Assembly (NCBI GenBank): GCA_965200155.1
Contig: CBDATR010000009.1
Coordinates: 1-64,000, forward strand
Source: Nitrosopumilaceae archaeon
GTDB lineage: Archaea; Thermoproteota; Nitrososphaeria; Nitrososphaerales; Nitrosopumilaceae
Reading direction: 5' to 3'
Length of the DNA: 64,000 nt
Below the pieces are notes generated by a model. That model saw only the letters and a program-made list of their open reading frames with translations, searched no databases and was not told the origin of the DNA. How positions within the stretch are numbered: position 1 is the first letter of the stretch; each line of letters starts with the position of its first letter. Of this stretch, positions 1-11,198 are shown one piece after another. A program made the position numbers and the translations under genes.

Positions 1-25
1 TGGGGGGGGTTCCTATAAATCTCAC

Positions 26-94
26 GTAACCGTTTACATTCACATTTAATTCATAGGCATATATTCGCGGTCTAGGGGTGACCTGAATGGTTAC
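26..94. mobile_element. Short degenerate copy of MITE family 2 (IS66-type ends)
   Basis: Ends GTAACCGTTTA...GGGGTGACCTGAATGGTTAC resemble the ends of the copies at 38275 and 46279; no target duplication seen. Confidence 0.55.
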
Positions 95-1089
95 TCTGCT
101 CATGTGTGTTCATTTGTTTTAATTTTAAATGTCCTGCTTATGTAACACGTCATATGGGGATGACACAAATCCCACGTTACTGGTCATTCAACCAGCACTT
201 ACTGGAAGCGGTACTGAAATACAAGTCTAAACTCGCCGCTTATCCTGTGAACGCGTATCTTTCAACAATGCTTCAATGGGGCCTCGCTAGGCTGTGGAAA
301 TCAGGACAACAATGCGTATGTTTCGTTCAGCCTGCGCCATAATTATTTAGTGATAAACACGGCCACTCGCTATGTCGATTCACGACTGTAGCTGTTCGCC
401 CATGTGCAGAATCAGGCAATCTCCAAAACTATTCTAAAATTTAAGACGCCCATTGAACAACAAGTGAGTCTTGAACGCGTATGTAATAGGAAGCTGGAAT
501 AGTCCCCTACAAAATCACATAATGTACATCCCCATAAGGACATGTACGCCATTACGTAAATTTGGAAAACACATTTGCAGTCATGTGTCAAATAAACAGT
601 CATGTCTGTTATAGATGCAAATTCAGCCGAACCGGGGTCCAGACGCAAGCTGCTCTTTCATATTAGAGCCAGATGAAGTGGAATGAGTCAATCCACGCTA
701 TGTTATCGTCTTATCAACGACTCGAGTGGCATAGCCTGTGTCATCAGCAGTGCCGCCCATATGTGATGCCTGTGTCTTATCAACCATGGGTGATATTTGG
801 TCTTGACATGTATTACAAGGCGGGGCCTGTTCAGGTACTGCTATCTCGCGCTTGTATTCCTCAAGCTTGGTATCCAGGCGTAAGCCTGAATTCACTGTCA
901 TGAATGCAGACACGGCTTTCTGGACGGCTACCCTTGATACATCAGACAAGCCAGAGCAATTTGACTCGAGTTGATTTATTGCACTATCGGCATCATACGT
1001 ATGTCACAGAATGGTTCTGTGTGAAAACATAGGTGACATGTGTATAGCGACCACCATGTCATGGAACCATTCAATGACGTGTCCCATCA

Positions 1090-1420
1090 TTCCATGATGT
1101 TATGATTGGACCGTCATAAAAACCGTATAAGGAATTCGCCCGGCGCGCCAAGGTATACATTCGATAATCACACTGGGAGACTACTATCATGATCCGGACT
1201 GGACCAGAACGAGTCCACCAAATCACCATACGGTCTAAAGAAGGGCGATCCACTTTACGTGAACCAGTTAGCACGTTCTAGAGTGGCGCCGTGATCTGGA
1301 GGAGGTGCGCGAGTCACCAGCTATGGACGCGGTGCCATACTACAGGCGGGCGTACGAGGATTATTCCAATGACACATCACACCGGCGTGACAAAGACCGC
1401 CGATAAGGCGCGGTAAATTC
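1090..1420 (+). pseudogene. Internally deleted relic of the 5' half of a tnpB gene
   Basis: Nucleotide blocks match the reverse complement of 58560-59050 (cccggcgcgcc, ctaaagaaggg, agtggcgccgtgatctggag, gtgccatactacaggcg, cacaccggcgtgaca). Confidence 0.75.
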
Positions 1421-2427
1421 GTGTTGGGCTTGTGTGGCCTTGATATCGGTGTCCACATGTAGTAGACCGGCCCATGTCCGGTTCTATCAAAAACATGAAC
1501 TACACTATGGCACGTTCGCGCTCAATCCTATCCAGTTTGACAACAATTTTACGTAGGCCGCCCACAACTTCACAGTATCTTGCAACTGCCTCCATGCCAA
1601 TCTCCCTGGCCTCACCGGTATATGACTTTAGCTTCTGCCTTGTCAATTGATGCTCCCACCTGTGTCATGATAGTATCAATATTAGGCCAAGTATAAAAAT
1701 TCTGGATGATAACCCATCAACCGTACCATCATATGACTAAAACTGAATTAGTTCTCAATGAAATAAAAGTGTACAAACAGAAAGTATTACAAGTGAGCAC
1801 GGAGTGGAATTCCTGACGCATTTCAAGATACAGAAAATGACTTGTCATATGAAATGATATACAGAGAAGATAGAATTGATAAAATTCTCGGCCCATAATG
1901 GAATGATTCCGGGACTGGTAAGAAACATCAGTTCCAGGATGTCATTTGGATGGGATGTCGGTTTTCTGCCCCATGATCAGCCACCCGCTGCAAGATATTG
2001 GAGATTATTTAGAATCAAGGGGACTGTTATCCAATAGGGGGCGGCCATTCCCCTCCAAGAAAGGACACCAGGACGGAACGCAAAGCCAAGAACCGTACCA
2101 TGAAAATCAAAGACTTTTGGTTACAGCTATAAATGATGGTATGAGATCATCTATATACAAATGATAAGGCAGGCCCGTGTGTGCAGTATTATGCGCTCAA
2201 GGCCCACACCATCACTATTCTACCACTCTGTCTGGTTTACGAGAATGCTGCTCCAGGGTCGCTCCAATGCCGCCGGGCTATGACTGGAGGGGTGAGCCTG
2301 ATATCAATCATCCCGGCAGGGATATGTCCCAGGCACACCATGAGGTATGAGATATTTAGGCAAGCGCCCGTTCCTCAGATGGCTATTCCAGTCGTTCTGG
2401 CAGGGAATAGTGGCTGATCAAAGCCGG

Positions 2428-2538
2428 TGCATACAGTTCAAGAAATAATTATTATGAAAAAAACGATCGAAGAAAAAAGAACTCTATGCAAAAAGTGAAA
2501 AAATGGTAAAATCTGTATTATTCTTAATAACTTTTTGA
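2428..2538 (+). repeat. Inverted third copy of the AT-rich leader found upstream of the two RHH-like paralogs
   Basis: Reverse complement of 3890-4003 and 5058-5170 (ataattattatgaaaa...gaactctatg...aaaatctgtatt.ttcttaataacttt). Confidence 0.85.
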
Positions 2539-2555
2539 TGTAGTAACCATTCACT

Positions 2556-2647
2556 GTATGAGTTCACCTGTGTCTAAATTTACGCATAACTGATCGCGAC
2601 AGTTAATGTGATTTGTACATAAAATTCCGGAAGACGTGAACTCATAC
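2556..2647. mobile_element. MITE family 1 (92 bp)
   Basis: TIR GTATGAGTTCAC/GTGAACTCATAC; 8-bp TSD CATTCACT. Confidence 0.95.
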
Positions 2648-2901
2648 CATTCACTTCCTGTTCCAGATAACCAGTCTTGTAATCTGTCGTTCTTTTACGC
2701 GATAATCATCTTTTCCCTTTCCGATTATAGTCACCCAGACCACTCTCCCTGAGGGTCAACTTTTGTCTCGCGATTTAGTGTAAAAAGATTGGCTGTACAG
2801 ACAACCGGGCGCGTCTATAGAAAGACTTTTAAAAAATGGTCTGGCAGAATTAGTGACCACAGAGCGCGGTCGTTATGGTTTTGATCGAAGAGTGGTAAAA
2901 A

Positions 2902-3867
2902 TCAGTGTTTCAGTTGAATGATCACATCTAGTATAATCTCATCCCAGTAGTGGTTGCAATACTCTAGGCGTTCAAGGCCTGGTGGCTGTCTAGGGATGCA
3001 TTCTTCTTTTAGGCGTATGCTCTTCTCATCATTTATGATAAGATTCGTATCATTAAACCCCATACGTGCATAACGGCAGAATAACTCCCAGATCTCTTTT
3101 TCACCTATAGAATCATACTTGCACTTTTTCTTTAGTGTATCATGCATCTCATTCCATGTCAGTAACCACTCATCAGCTAGATTCCGTATGGGCTTGTGTT
3201 TCATATCCCACGCTGGGTAAACCTGGGTGGCCTCCATCTTGTAAAAACCATTCTTGTTTTGGAAAAGACCAGTTACCTCGACCTTACTACCTTTTTTGAC
3301 CCAGCGTGCCTTATCGTGTGGTGCACGTGCCCAGACAAAGTAACGTTCCCCTTTTATGCCTAGATTCTTGTATGCACCATTGTGTACATTTGTAACACTT
3401 CCATGTATGGTAATAATCTTCTGATCACGTAATTCACAATCAATAGGGAGACGAAAATCCGTACTCACATCCTTACCCAGTAATACTCTGAGTATGTTTG
3501 AAATCTCCCGGTATACTCGACAGGCCGTTGCATCATTATGTGACTTCAGTACTTTTTTCACATCCTTATATCGTATTGATATGATTCCGCGGTCCAGCCA
3601 TGGCCTGTACTTTTTTGCTATAATACCAGCTAGTGACAATGATTCGGTACTGGTGTTGGGTACCTGTGTCGGTTCAACGCCAAGCATATAGGCAACATCT
3701 TGTATTCCCTCTGACTGTTTTTTCTTGAATAGTCCCGTCTTTTTGCCATGTTGTATAAGTAGACCAATTGCGGCCCCTCTTGAACGTAAGGTACCATCTT
3801 GTTGTAATTCCTCTATGGCATCCATTTCTTCACATGTCAATGACACAGTGTATGTTATTCGTTTCAT
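2902..3867 (-). CDS. Hypothetical protein: RHH-like N-terminus plus MCM N-terminal/OB-fold-like region (paralog 1)
   Basis: Likely start MKRITYTVSLT at 3867, aligned with the paralog 2 start; shares LAGIIAKKYRPWLDRGII and WVKKG.xVEVxG with 4039..5034. Confidence 0.8.
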   Translation of the reverse strand: MKRITYTVSLTCEEMDAIEELQQDGTLRSRGAAIGLLIQHGKKTGLFKKKQSEGIQDVAYMLGVEPTQVPNTSTESLSLAGIIAKKYRPWLDRGIISIRYKDVKKVLKSHNDATACRVYREISNILRVLLGKDVSTDFRLPIDCELRDQKIITIHGSVTNVHNGAYKNLGIKGERYFVWARAPHDKARWVKKGSKVEVTGLFQNKNGFYKMEATQVYPAWDMKHKPIRNLADEWLLTWNEMHDTLKKKCKYDSIGEKEIWELFCRYARMGFNDTNLIINDEKSIRLKEECIPRQPPGLERLEYCNHYWDEIILDVIIQLKH

Positions 3868-4003
3868 GCCACAGCCGATTACCGCTCCCTTAAAAGTTAT
3901 TAAGAAAAATACAGATTTTACCGTTTTTTCACTTTTTTCATAGAGTTCTTTTTTTAGATCGTTTTTTTTTTTCATAATAATTATTTTTTGAACCGAATGC
4001 ACT
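3868..4003 (-). promoter_or_regulatory. Conserved ~135-bp AT-rich leader/promoter of paralog 1
   Basis: Near-identical to 5035-5170; differences are mostly in homopolymer lengths. Confidence 0.7.
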
Positions 4004-4038
4004 ACAATAGGCGTGTACACCTTGAATCTAAAAACAGT

Positions 4039-5034
4039 CTAATTGAGTATACCTTTTTCATACCGTGTCTTCTCGTCAAGGATTTCGGAGATATTTGGTA
4101 TTGAACGCCACAACTGGATACATTGTTCAAGACCGGCTGGGCCTGGTGGCTGGGTACACATGTTATGGTCTTTTAATAGTATTTTCTTGTTATCTTTTAC
4201 CTCAAACGAAATACTACTTTTCCCCATACGAGCATAGTTGGTAAATGCGCGAAATCGGTAGCCATCTTTGTAGTCGTTCAACATGTCTAGTACCTTCCGT
4301 ATCTCAGCACGTGTAAGTATCCACTCATCGGCGAGGTCTCGTATGGGTTGGTATTTGTCATGCCATTGAGTATCTATCTGGACGGCCTCTATCCTAAGTC
4401 GACCATTCCTTGTGTATAGTCGGCCTATAACCTCGACATCCATGCCCTTTTTGACCCAGTGTGCCTTGTTGTGAGGTATGCGAATCCATGGGATACAAAG
4501 CGGGCCATCAACACGGATATACTTGAATGCTCCATCTCTCTTTTGGTGTATATTGTGATGAATGTTCTTTACTGTACCATTCATTATAATGACTTCCTGA
4601 CCATGTAGGGAGTCATCAGTTGGTAATCTGTAATCTGTCTCTGGCTCCTTCTCAAGCAGTGCTTTGAATATTATAGGTATCTCCTGGTATACGGTCCATG
4701 CAATTGTGTCGTCATGTGATTCCAATACACCCATGACGTCAGGGTATCGTATTGGTATGATTCCGCGGTCCAGCCATGGTCTGTACTTTTTTGCTATAAT
4801 ACCAGCTAGTGACCATGATTCGGCACTGGTATATGGTGCTTGATCAGGTTTTACACCCAGTATGGAGGCTTGTAGTTCTTTATTTGGTCGTTTCAAATAG
4901 CCCACATCTTCCGCTATTTGGACTAGTTTTATCAAGACATCACCACGGGAACGCTTGTTGTGCTGTTCACGTATCATTTCAATGGAATCCATTGTCTCCT
5001 GTGGTGCAGAGAATGAGAATATTTTTCGCTTCAT
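4039..5034 (-). CDS. Hypothetical protein: RHH-like plus MCM-N/OB-like (paralog 2)
   Basis: 331-aa ORF; MKRKIFSFSAPQETMDSIEMIREQHNKRSRGDVLIKLV has a beta-helix-helix pattern; clear paralog of both neighbours. Confidence 0.85.
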   Translation of the reverse strand: MKRKIFSFSAPQETMDSIEMIREQHNKRSRGDVLIKLVQIAEDVGYLKRPNKELQASILGVKPDQAPYTSAESWSLAGIIAKKYRPWLDRGIIPIRYPDVMGVLESHDDTIAWTVYQEIPIIFKALLEKEPETDYRLPTDDSLHGQEVIIMNGTVKNIHHNIHQKRDGAFKYIRVDGPLCIPWIRIPHNKAHWVKKGMDVEVIGRLYTRNGRLRIEAVQIDTQWHDKYQPIRDLADEWILTRAEIRKVLDMLNDYKDGYRFRAFTNYARMGKSSISFEVKDNKKILLKDHNMCTQPPGPAGLEQCIQLWRSIPNISEILDEKTRYEKGILN

Positions 5035-5170
5035 GGCACAGCCGATTACCGTTCCCTTAAAAGTTATTAAGAAAAATACAGATTTTACCGTTTTTTCACT
5101 TTTTGCATAGAGTTCTTTTTTTTTCGATCGTTTTTTTATAATAATTATTTTTTTGAACCGAATGCACTAC
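5035..5170 (-). promoter_or_regulatory. Conserved ~135-bp AT-rich leader/promoter of paralog 2
   Basis: Direct repeat of 3868-4003. Confidence 0.7.
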
Positions 5171-5271
5171 GAATATGGATATTTCACCGGTTGCCTTGGT
5201 TCCTGTGAAACGCGCCATTCTGGGAACCGGCGCAAGAATCATTCAGTGCCATGTTAGCGGGCAGGAATGGT

Positions 5272-6015
5272 TTATCGCCCGGACTCATTCTCAACTACAT
5301 GCTCATAGATTAGTCGCAGGACATCCGGCCACTTGTGCGGCCTGTCTGCATTGGACTCATCATTACGTACATACTCCTGTGGTAGAGTTATGGAGTAGTC
5401 ATCTGTTATGAATAAACTGTTCTCGCCACTCTCCATGTCCCGGTACCGCTTGTACAGGCCGATACCGTCAACGGCGGGCATTGATAACATGATTTGATTT
5501 GTCATGTGTGATATTTCATCGATATACTCTGACCTGTCCAGTGTGATATGTATGACCTCGACATATGATTCATCCCTAACCGGACCTACAACTTCTACCC
5601 TATTCTTCCACTTGTTCCTCTCGTATCCTGGCGGTAATTTTACAGGTATGCTGGTTATGCCGTTATTCAGGAATGTGCCCTTCTTTATCACGCCGGTAAA
5701 GACGGCCAAAGCCTGGCCACTAAGGGAACGGTCCGGCGGGAACTCCTCTATTCTTATCCTCATGTCCCGCTCCAGTAACGTGTTGAATATTCGGGGTAGC
5801 TCCTTGTGGTAAATATCCCATGCCGCCTTGTCATTGTGTACTGACATGACCATGGCCACATCAGATATGTTAATGGGTATGAGCCCCAAATCCAGTTTTC
5901 GTAAATGCCTGTGCGCAATGAACTTTGCTAGAACACATGATGTTGTTGTCACGTGCTGAACTGGGCGGTGTGGCACGCCTAACTGCTTGGCTATCTCCTT
6001 TGTCAGAGAATCCAT
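5272..6015 (-). CDS. Hypothetical protein, divergent paralog 3 (MCM-N/OB-like, no RHH)
   Basis: LAKFIAHRHLRKLDLGLIPINISDV..HNDKAAW aligns with paralogs 1 and 2; start uncertain (6015 or 6039). Confidence 0.75.
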   Translation of the reverse strand: MDSLTKEIAKQLGVPHRPVQHVTTTSCVLAKFIAHRHLRKLDLGLIPINISDVAMVMSVHNDKAAWDIYHKELPRIFNTLLERDMRIRIEEFPPDRSLSGQALAVFTGVIKKGTFLNNGITSIPVKLPPGYERNKWKNRVEVVGPVRDESYVEVIHITLDRSEYIDEISHMTNQIMLSMPAVDGIGLYKRYRDMESGENSLFITDDYSITLPQEYVRNDESNADRPHKWPDVLRLIYEHVVENESGR

Positions 6016-6059
6016 GCCATAGAATAATGGTGATTCCATAAAAGGACGGTCATGGAGTG

Positions 6060-6680
6060 GTGGCTGTATCATATGGTTGATCAAGTTCCATGGTAACCAC
6101 ATGATCAAGAACCGCCGGCACGGCCGCTAGAACGGCTGATCAAGTCCCCTGGTGGCAGCATCAAGAACCCCCGGGTGGTGATCAAGTCCCATGGTAACCA
6201 CATGATCAAGAACCCCCGGCACGCTCAACAGTGACTGTCATATACTTGATCAGTCCGGTGGCTGCATCATATGATCAAGACCCTCCGGCTGGTGATCAAG
6301 CCCAGTCCGGTGGCTGCATCACATGATCAAGACCCTCCGGCTGGTGATCAAGTCCCATGGTAATCATACCAAGAACCCCCAGCACGCATGAATGATTCAC
6401 ATGTATCAGCGGCTCTGGCTTGGTGACCATATCACATGAACCCACGGTGGATGATCAGCCCCATGGTAACCACATGATCAAGAACCCCGGCTGGTGATCA
6501 AGCCCGGTGGCCACACTACATGATCAAGAACACCCGGCTGGTGATCAAGCCCAGTCCGGTTACAGCACCACATGATCAAGAACCCCCAGCTGGTGATCAA
6601 GCCCCCATGGCGGTCATGAGCAATCCATTCTGGGAGTGGTAATAGACAGGTATGGGACTCACGGGTCCTTCAGGTGAATA
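6060..6680. repeat. TGATCAAG-rich degenerate array 1 with conserved tail
   Basis: ~45-bp unit tgatcaagtcccatggtaaccacatgatcaagaacccccggctgg with variable inserts; tail ...tagacagg.atgg...gtccttcaggtgaata shared with array 2. Confidence 0.9.
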
Positions 6681-6919
6681 GGTAAGTTAATTTCACTGGA
6701 AATCATTCCAGCCCATGACCCGCCTTTTAAGGGAGGAATAATTCCATGGCCGTGCCGGAAGTTTTGCCTATATTCGGGCGGCACGGTCATACCACTGGGC
6801 GCTGTTATGCAGTCCCGTGGAATGAAGTGTAACGTGGTCTTTCAGGCCGGTAACAGAATGGTGAAAACATGCATTTCAATACCGTACATTAATATCAATA
6901 TAGAAACAGGACGGTAATA

Positions 6920-9900
6920 TTGGTTGTAACCTTTGATCAGGCACTAGAGAAGATACGAAAGGAGACCGATGATGAAACAGAAAAGGGCAGTTCTGTACAC
7001 AAGACACAGCGGGGTAACAAATTTGAGAGACTAATGTTACACTACTTTAAGAATGACAGCATATACAAGAATGAATTCAAGGATGTAAAATTATGGTATG
7101 ACTGGTTTCATGAACAAGATACCGGAATCGATTTAGTCGCGGAACAATATGACGGCAAGCTAGTTGGCATTCAGTGCAAATGTTGGAATGATGATTCCAG
7201 TATTGCCTTGAATGATATCTCAAACATGTTTGCCGTAAAGGAGAGCAAAAAGATGGATAGATTGATTCTAGTATTTACCGGGAAAGATGTAAGCAAGCAT
7301 ATTGAACAACAGGGTGGTGGCGCTTTTTCAATTATTATGAAATCTGATCTCCGTAGCAGCGCCTTTGACTGGGGCAAGAAAAGAATGATTTCAAAACCAA
7401 AGAAACTGAGACCACACCAAAAGGAAGCCGTTGACAAAGTCGTTACCGGGTTAAAGGATGCCGATAGGGGAACACTCACCATGGCATGTGGGACTGGCAA
7501 AACTATTACATCACTGCATATCGCCGAGAATATTGCCGGGAAAAATGGACTCATTCTATATTTGGTGCCATCCCTCTCACTAATCCCCCAAGTCATGAGG
7601 GAGTGGGCAGAGAATGGCTCCATCACTCATCAGTACATGGCGGTATGCTCAGATAGATCGGCCGGGAGTGATGAGCAGGGCTCCATAACAGAGATTCCCA
7701 TACAGCCGTCTACTGATGTTGATACCATTCTAGAACAATTACAGTCAATGAGGAATGGTATGCGTGTTATATTCTCCACGTATAACTCGGTGGAGCGAGT
7801 AGGGAAAGCCATTCGTGGTATGAATGAAATATTCGATTTAATACTATTCGATGAGGCTCATCGTACCACCGGCGCCGAGAAAATCAAGGAGTCATATTAT
7901 TTGACGGCCCACAAGGATAGTGAGGTTCCTGCTAGGAAGAGACTGTACATGACGGCGACACCGCGTGTATACTCTGGAAAGGGTAATAATGATGCAACTA
8001 CTCAAGGACTGGAAGTGTATTCCATGGATGACGTGGAGAAATATGGCGAGGTATTGTATGATTTACCATTCTCAAAAGCCGTTGACATTGGACTACTGAC
8101 ACATTTCAAGATTATAATGCCAGAGGTTAATGAGGACGACGCATATGGTGAAATCATAAAGGCCGCCAGGGATCAGGGCGGCGATGCCAAGGATTACGAG
8201 GATTTGGAGCTAGACTACATGACAAAAGTGTACAGTATTTGCAAGGCCATTACATATGATGATGACAAATTCCATCCACTACAAAGAGTAATGATATTCC
8301 ATAATACCATAAAGAAGTCAAGATTGTTCTCCGGTCATGGACGTAATATGGACAAGGCAAAGAAACAACTAAAATTGGACAAAACCACACAAAAAATACT
8401 CAGCTTTGATAATTTGAGTGAGAGATTACTAAAGACCGATTCCAATCTGGCTGGTTACAAGACTGTTACAAGACATGTAGACGGCTCCACCAATTCACTG
8501 AGTAGGGGAGAGCGAATAGACTGGTTAAGGAATAGTTCTCCAAAGGAGATTCGAATACTCAGTAATGCTCGGTGCCTGCAGGAAGGAGTGGATATTCCAG
8601 CTCTTGACGCCGTTATATTCATGGAGCCCAAGAACTCGCCCATTGACATTATACAAAGTATAGGGAGAGTGATGCGAAAATCTGATGGAAAAGAGTCAGG
8701 TTATGTCATTGTTCCCATTCCTGTACTAAAGGGTGATGATCCACATCATGTGTTGAAAATGAACAAGCGCTACAAGCAGATAAGCGAAATACTACGTGCC
8801 ATACTGTCACATGATGATGGCCTGCGACGGTTACTGAACATGTATGTCTTGGCCAAGTCAGGGAAGGGCGGTGACCATGTATCACCGGATCCGGGGGAAA
8901 TACCACCAAGACTACGGGACTGGATTGCTAGTACACTTGGAAAGGGACTCAGTGATAAACTATTAAAAGATGTGCAGAATGTCCTACTGAGTCTTGGTGA
9001 TCCCAGCTATCACTCCAACATGGGTGAGCGGTTAGGTGAGCAAGCCGTTATAATAGAGACCAAGCTTAACCAGCGTGTTAAAATAGAGCCGGAAACTGCG
9101 CCCATCATTAAAGTATTACACGAGAACCTGAAACCGATAGTAGGGCATACTCTTACTATGGAACAGACCATTCGAGCATTATCACAGCATGCCGTAATGT
9201 CCAGAGTGTTCAATGTAATGTTCCCCAGGAATGATAACCCGGTGGCATCTGCATTCGATGATACCATAGAACGATTAAACATACAAGAGTCATTAAAAAA
9301 ATTTGAGGCATTCTATGCTGGTATACAGGCGGATATTGAACGATTCGAGGAGCCGGATGCTAAGCAGGATTTCTTGCGGGCCATCTATGACTCGTTCTTC
9401 CGTGGTTCAGACAGAAAGGCCGCTGATAAACATGGAATAGTCCATACGCCGGTTGAAATCGTTAACTTCATACTGGAATCAGTTCGACATGTACTAGAAT
9501 CGGAGTTCGGAAAAACATTCAATGATAGAATGGTAAAGGTGCTGGACCCGTTCACAGGTACTGGTATATTCATAGCTCAATTGATTGAGCGTGGTATGAT
9601 AGACGCACTCCGTGACAAGTACCAGAATGATATTTACGCGAATGAGGTAATGTTACCGGCATTCTATGTGGCCATGTCCAATATCGAGGCATCATACCAG
9701 AAAATGACGGGTGAATACACACCATTTCAAGGTATATCGTACATGGATACATTCGCACAGCACCCCTCATACAGGCTGGACTCTGAATTCCGGCAAAAAC
9801 AGACTAGAATCACAGATGATAACCTAGAGGAAGCCATGGAAAGAGTGAAACGGCAGAATATGGATTACGTCAATGTTATAGTGGGAAATCCACCATATTC

Positions 9901-11077
9901 TGGTGGGCAGGAGACAGCCAGTGAAGACAACAAGAATGATTCCCACCCTGCACTTGAGACTCGCATAAAGAACACCTATACGAGTAAGGCGCGTAACGTT
10001 GGCTTCAAGGGAGCCATACTGAACCCAAATAACTCATACATCAAGGCCATTCGTTGGGCATCAGACAGAATCGGGGAATCGGGAGTAATTGGTATTATAA
10101 CACCCTCTGGTTTCATTACCGGGAATAGTGAAGCTGGCATACGCGCCTGTCTTGAAATGGAGTTCACTGATGTGTACTGCTTTGACTTACTAGGCGAGAA
10201 GGGTAGGACAGGTCACGGACGTAACATATTCGAGTACAAGGGTGAGAGTACGGGTGGTACTACAGTTGGTACAGCTATTACCATTCTTGTGAAAAATCAG
10301 GACAAGCAGGGTTGTACCATACGATATTCAAAACTGCAAGAGTCCGACTATTCTGGTGAGGATAAACGGAAACGTGTGAAAGAGTTAGGTTCCATTGCAG
10401 GAATGGAATGGGAGATTATAACACCGGATCGATTCCATGACTGGTTAGAACAGCGTGGTGATACCAGTGAACGATGGGATTCCATCACTCCAATGGGAAG
10501 TAAGGAGGGAAAACGTGGGAAGACCAATGATGTAATGTTTGGAATGTATTCCAGAGGAGTGATAACAAGTAGAGATGATTGGGTATACAACGCATCGCCC
10601 CAAGACCTGGAAGAGAATATGAGACGTACAATAGAGTATTGCTCCAAGCAGGACCTAGATCACTTTGACACAAACGAGAAGGATGTAGCATGGACCCCCA
10701 TAATGGAGAAGAAGATAAGAGATAACGGAAATCCTGAGTTTAATCGGTCCAATATTAGGATATCACTGTATCGTCCATTCATCAAACAATACCTATACTT
10801 GGATTCAACCTTCGTTGAACACGAATATCATATCCCCTCATTCTACCCACACCCAGACTCCAAGAATAATTCTATTATGGTGCCTGACAAGATCAAGGGT
10901 GAGTTCTCCACCATTATAACTGATATCACGCCTGACCTTCACATCCATGAGGCATCCCAGTGCTTTCCCATGAGAGCCAAGAAACAAAAGGACAAGAATA
11001 GACATGTGGTAGGTAGCCAGTCAGCCAGTCAGCCAGTCAGCCAGTCAGCCAGTCAGCCATCGAGAACCTGGCGATAA
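6920..11077 (+). CDS. Type ISP (LlaBIII/LlaGI-like) restriction-modification enzyme: Mrr-type nuclease, SF2 helicase, N6-adenine MTase, start of TRD
   Basis: DTGIDLV..IQCK nuclease motif; MACGTGKT, DEAH and QSIGRVMR helicase motifs; LDPFTGTG and GNPPY MTase motifs; YRPF and PDLH..QCFP TRD motifs. Confidence 0.92.
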   Translation: MVVTFDQALEKIRKETDDETEKGSSVHKTQRGNKFERLMLHYFKNDSIYKNEFKDVKLWYDWFHEQDTGIDLVAEQYDGKLVGIQCKCWNDDSSIALNDISNMFAVKESKKMDRLILVFTGKDVSKHIEQQGGGAFSIIMKSDLRSSAFDWGKKRMISKPKKLRPHQKEAVDKVVTGLKDADRGTLTMACGTGKTITSLHIAENIAGKNGLILYLVPSLSLIPQVMREWAENGSITHQYMAVCSDRSAGSDEQGSITEIPIQPSTDVDTILEQLQSMRNGMRVIFSTYNSVERVGKAIRGMNEIFDLILFDEAHRTTGAEKIKESYYLTAHKDSEVPARKRLYMTATPRVYSGKGNNDATTQGLEVYSMDDVEKYGEVLYDLPFSKAVDIGLLTHFKIIMPEVNEDDAYGEIIKAARDQGGDAKDYEDLELDYMTKVYSICKAITYDDDKFHPLQRVMIFHNTIKKSRLFSGHGRNMDKAKKQLKLDKTTQKILSFDNLSERLLKTDSNLAGYKTVTRHVDGSTNSLSRGERIDWLRNSSPKEIRILSNARCLQEGVDIPALDAVIFMEPKNSPIDIIQSIGRVMRKSDGKESGYVIVPIPVLKGDDPHHVLKMNKRYKQISEILRAILSHDDGLRRLLNMYVLAKSGKGGDHVSPDPGEIPPRLRDWIASTLGKGLSDKLLKDVQNVLLSLGDPSYHSNMGERLGEQAVIIETKLNQRVKIEPETAPIIKVLHENLKPIVGHTLTMEQTIRALSQHAVMSRVFNVMFPRNDNPVASAFDDTIERLNIQESLKKFEAFYAGIQADIERFEEPDAKQDFLRAIYDSFFRGSDRKAADKHGIVHTPVEIVNFILESVRHVLESEFGKTFNDRMVKVLDPFTGTGIFIAQLIERGMIDALRDKYQNDIYANEVMLPAFYVAMSNIEASYQKMTGEYTPFQGISYMDTFAQHPSYRLDSEFRQKQTRITDDNLEEAMERVKRQNMDYVNVIVGNPPYSGGQETASEDNKNDSHPALETRIKNTYTSKARNVGFKGAILNPNNSYIKAIRWASDRIGESGVIGIITPSGFITGNSEAGIRACLEMEFTDVYCFDLLGEKGRTGHGRNIFEYKGESTGGTTVGTAITILVKNQDKQGCTIRYSKLQESDYSGEDKRKRVKELGSIAGMEWEIITPDRFHDWLEQRGDTSERWDSITPMGSKEGKRGKTNDVMFGMYSRGVITSRDDWVYNASPQDLEENMRRTIEYCSKQDLDHFDTNEKDVAWTPIMEKKIRDNGNPEFNRSNIRISLYRPFIKQYLYLDSTFVEHEYHIPSFYPHPDSKNNSIMVPDKIKGEFSTIITDITPDLHIHEASQCFPMRAKKQKDKNRHVVGSQSASQPVSQSASQPSRTWR
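11015..11058 (+). repeat. Simple sequence repeat (AGCCAGTC)5 AGCC
   Basis: Read directly; the ORF stops 19 nt after the repeat. Confidence 0.97.
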
Positions 11078-11198
11078 TAGTCCCGGACAAGATCAAGGGC
11101 GAATTCTCAGTATTCATAACGGGAATAACACCGGATCTGGAAGTGGTGCATCACGGGCAGGTATTCCCCATGTTCACACAGTCACCGGAGGTGACGAG

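Noticed and set aside
541-620. Similarity to 59240-59340
   Set aside because: Real but short and degraded; probably transposase debris and not callable as a gene.
3868-4020. 51-aa N-terminal extension of paralog 1
   Set aside because: It translates the shared leader, whose other copies have frame-breaking homopolymer differences.
6060-6620. TGATCA arrays as repeat-protein genes or CRISPR
   Set aside because: No long ORF, irregular unit lengths, and the inserts are shared between arrays rather than unique.
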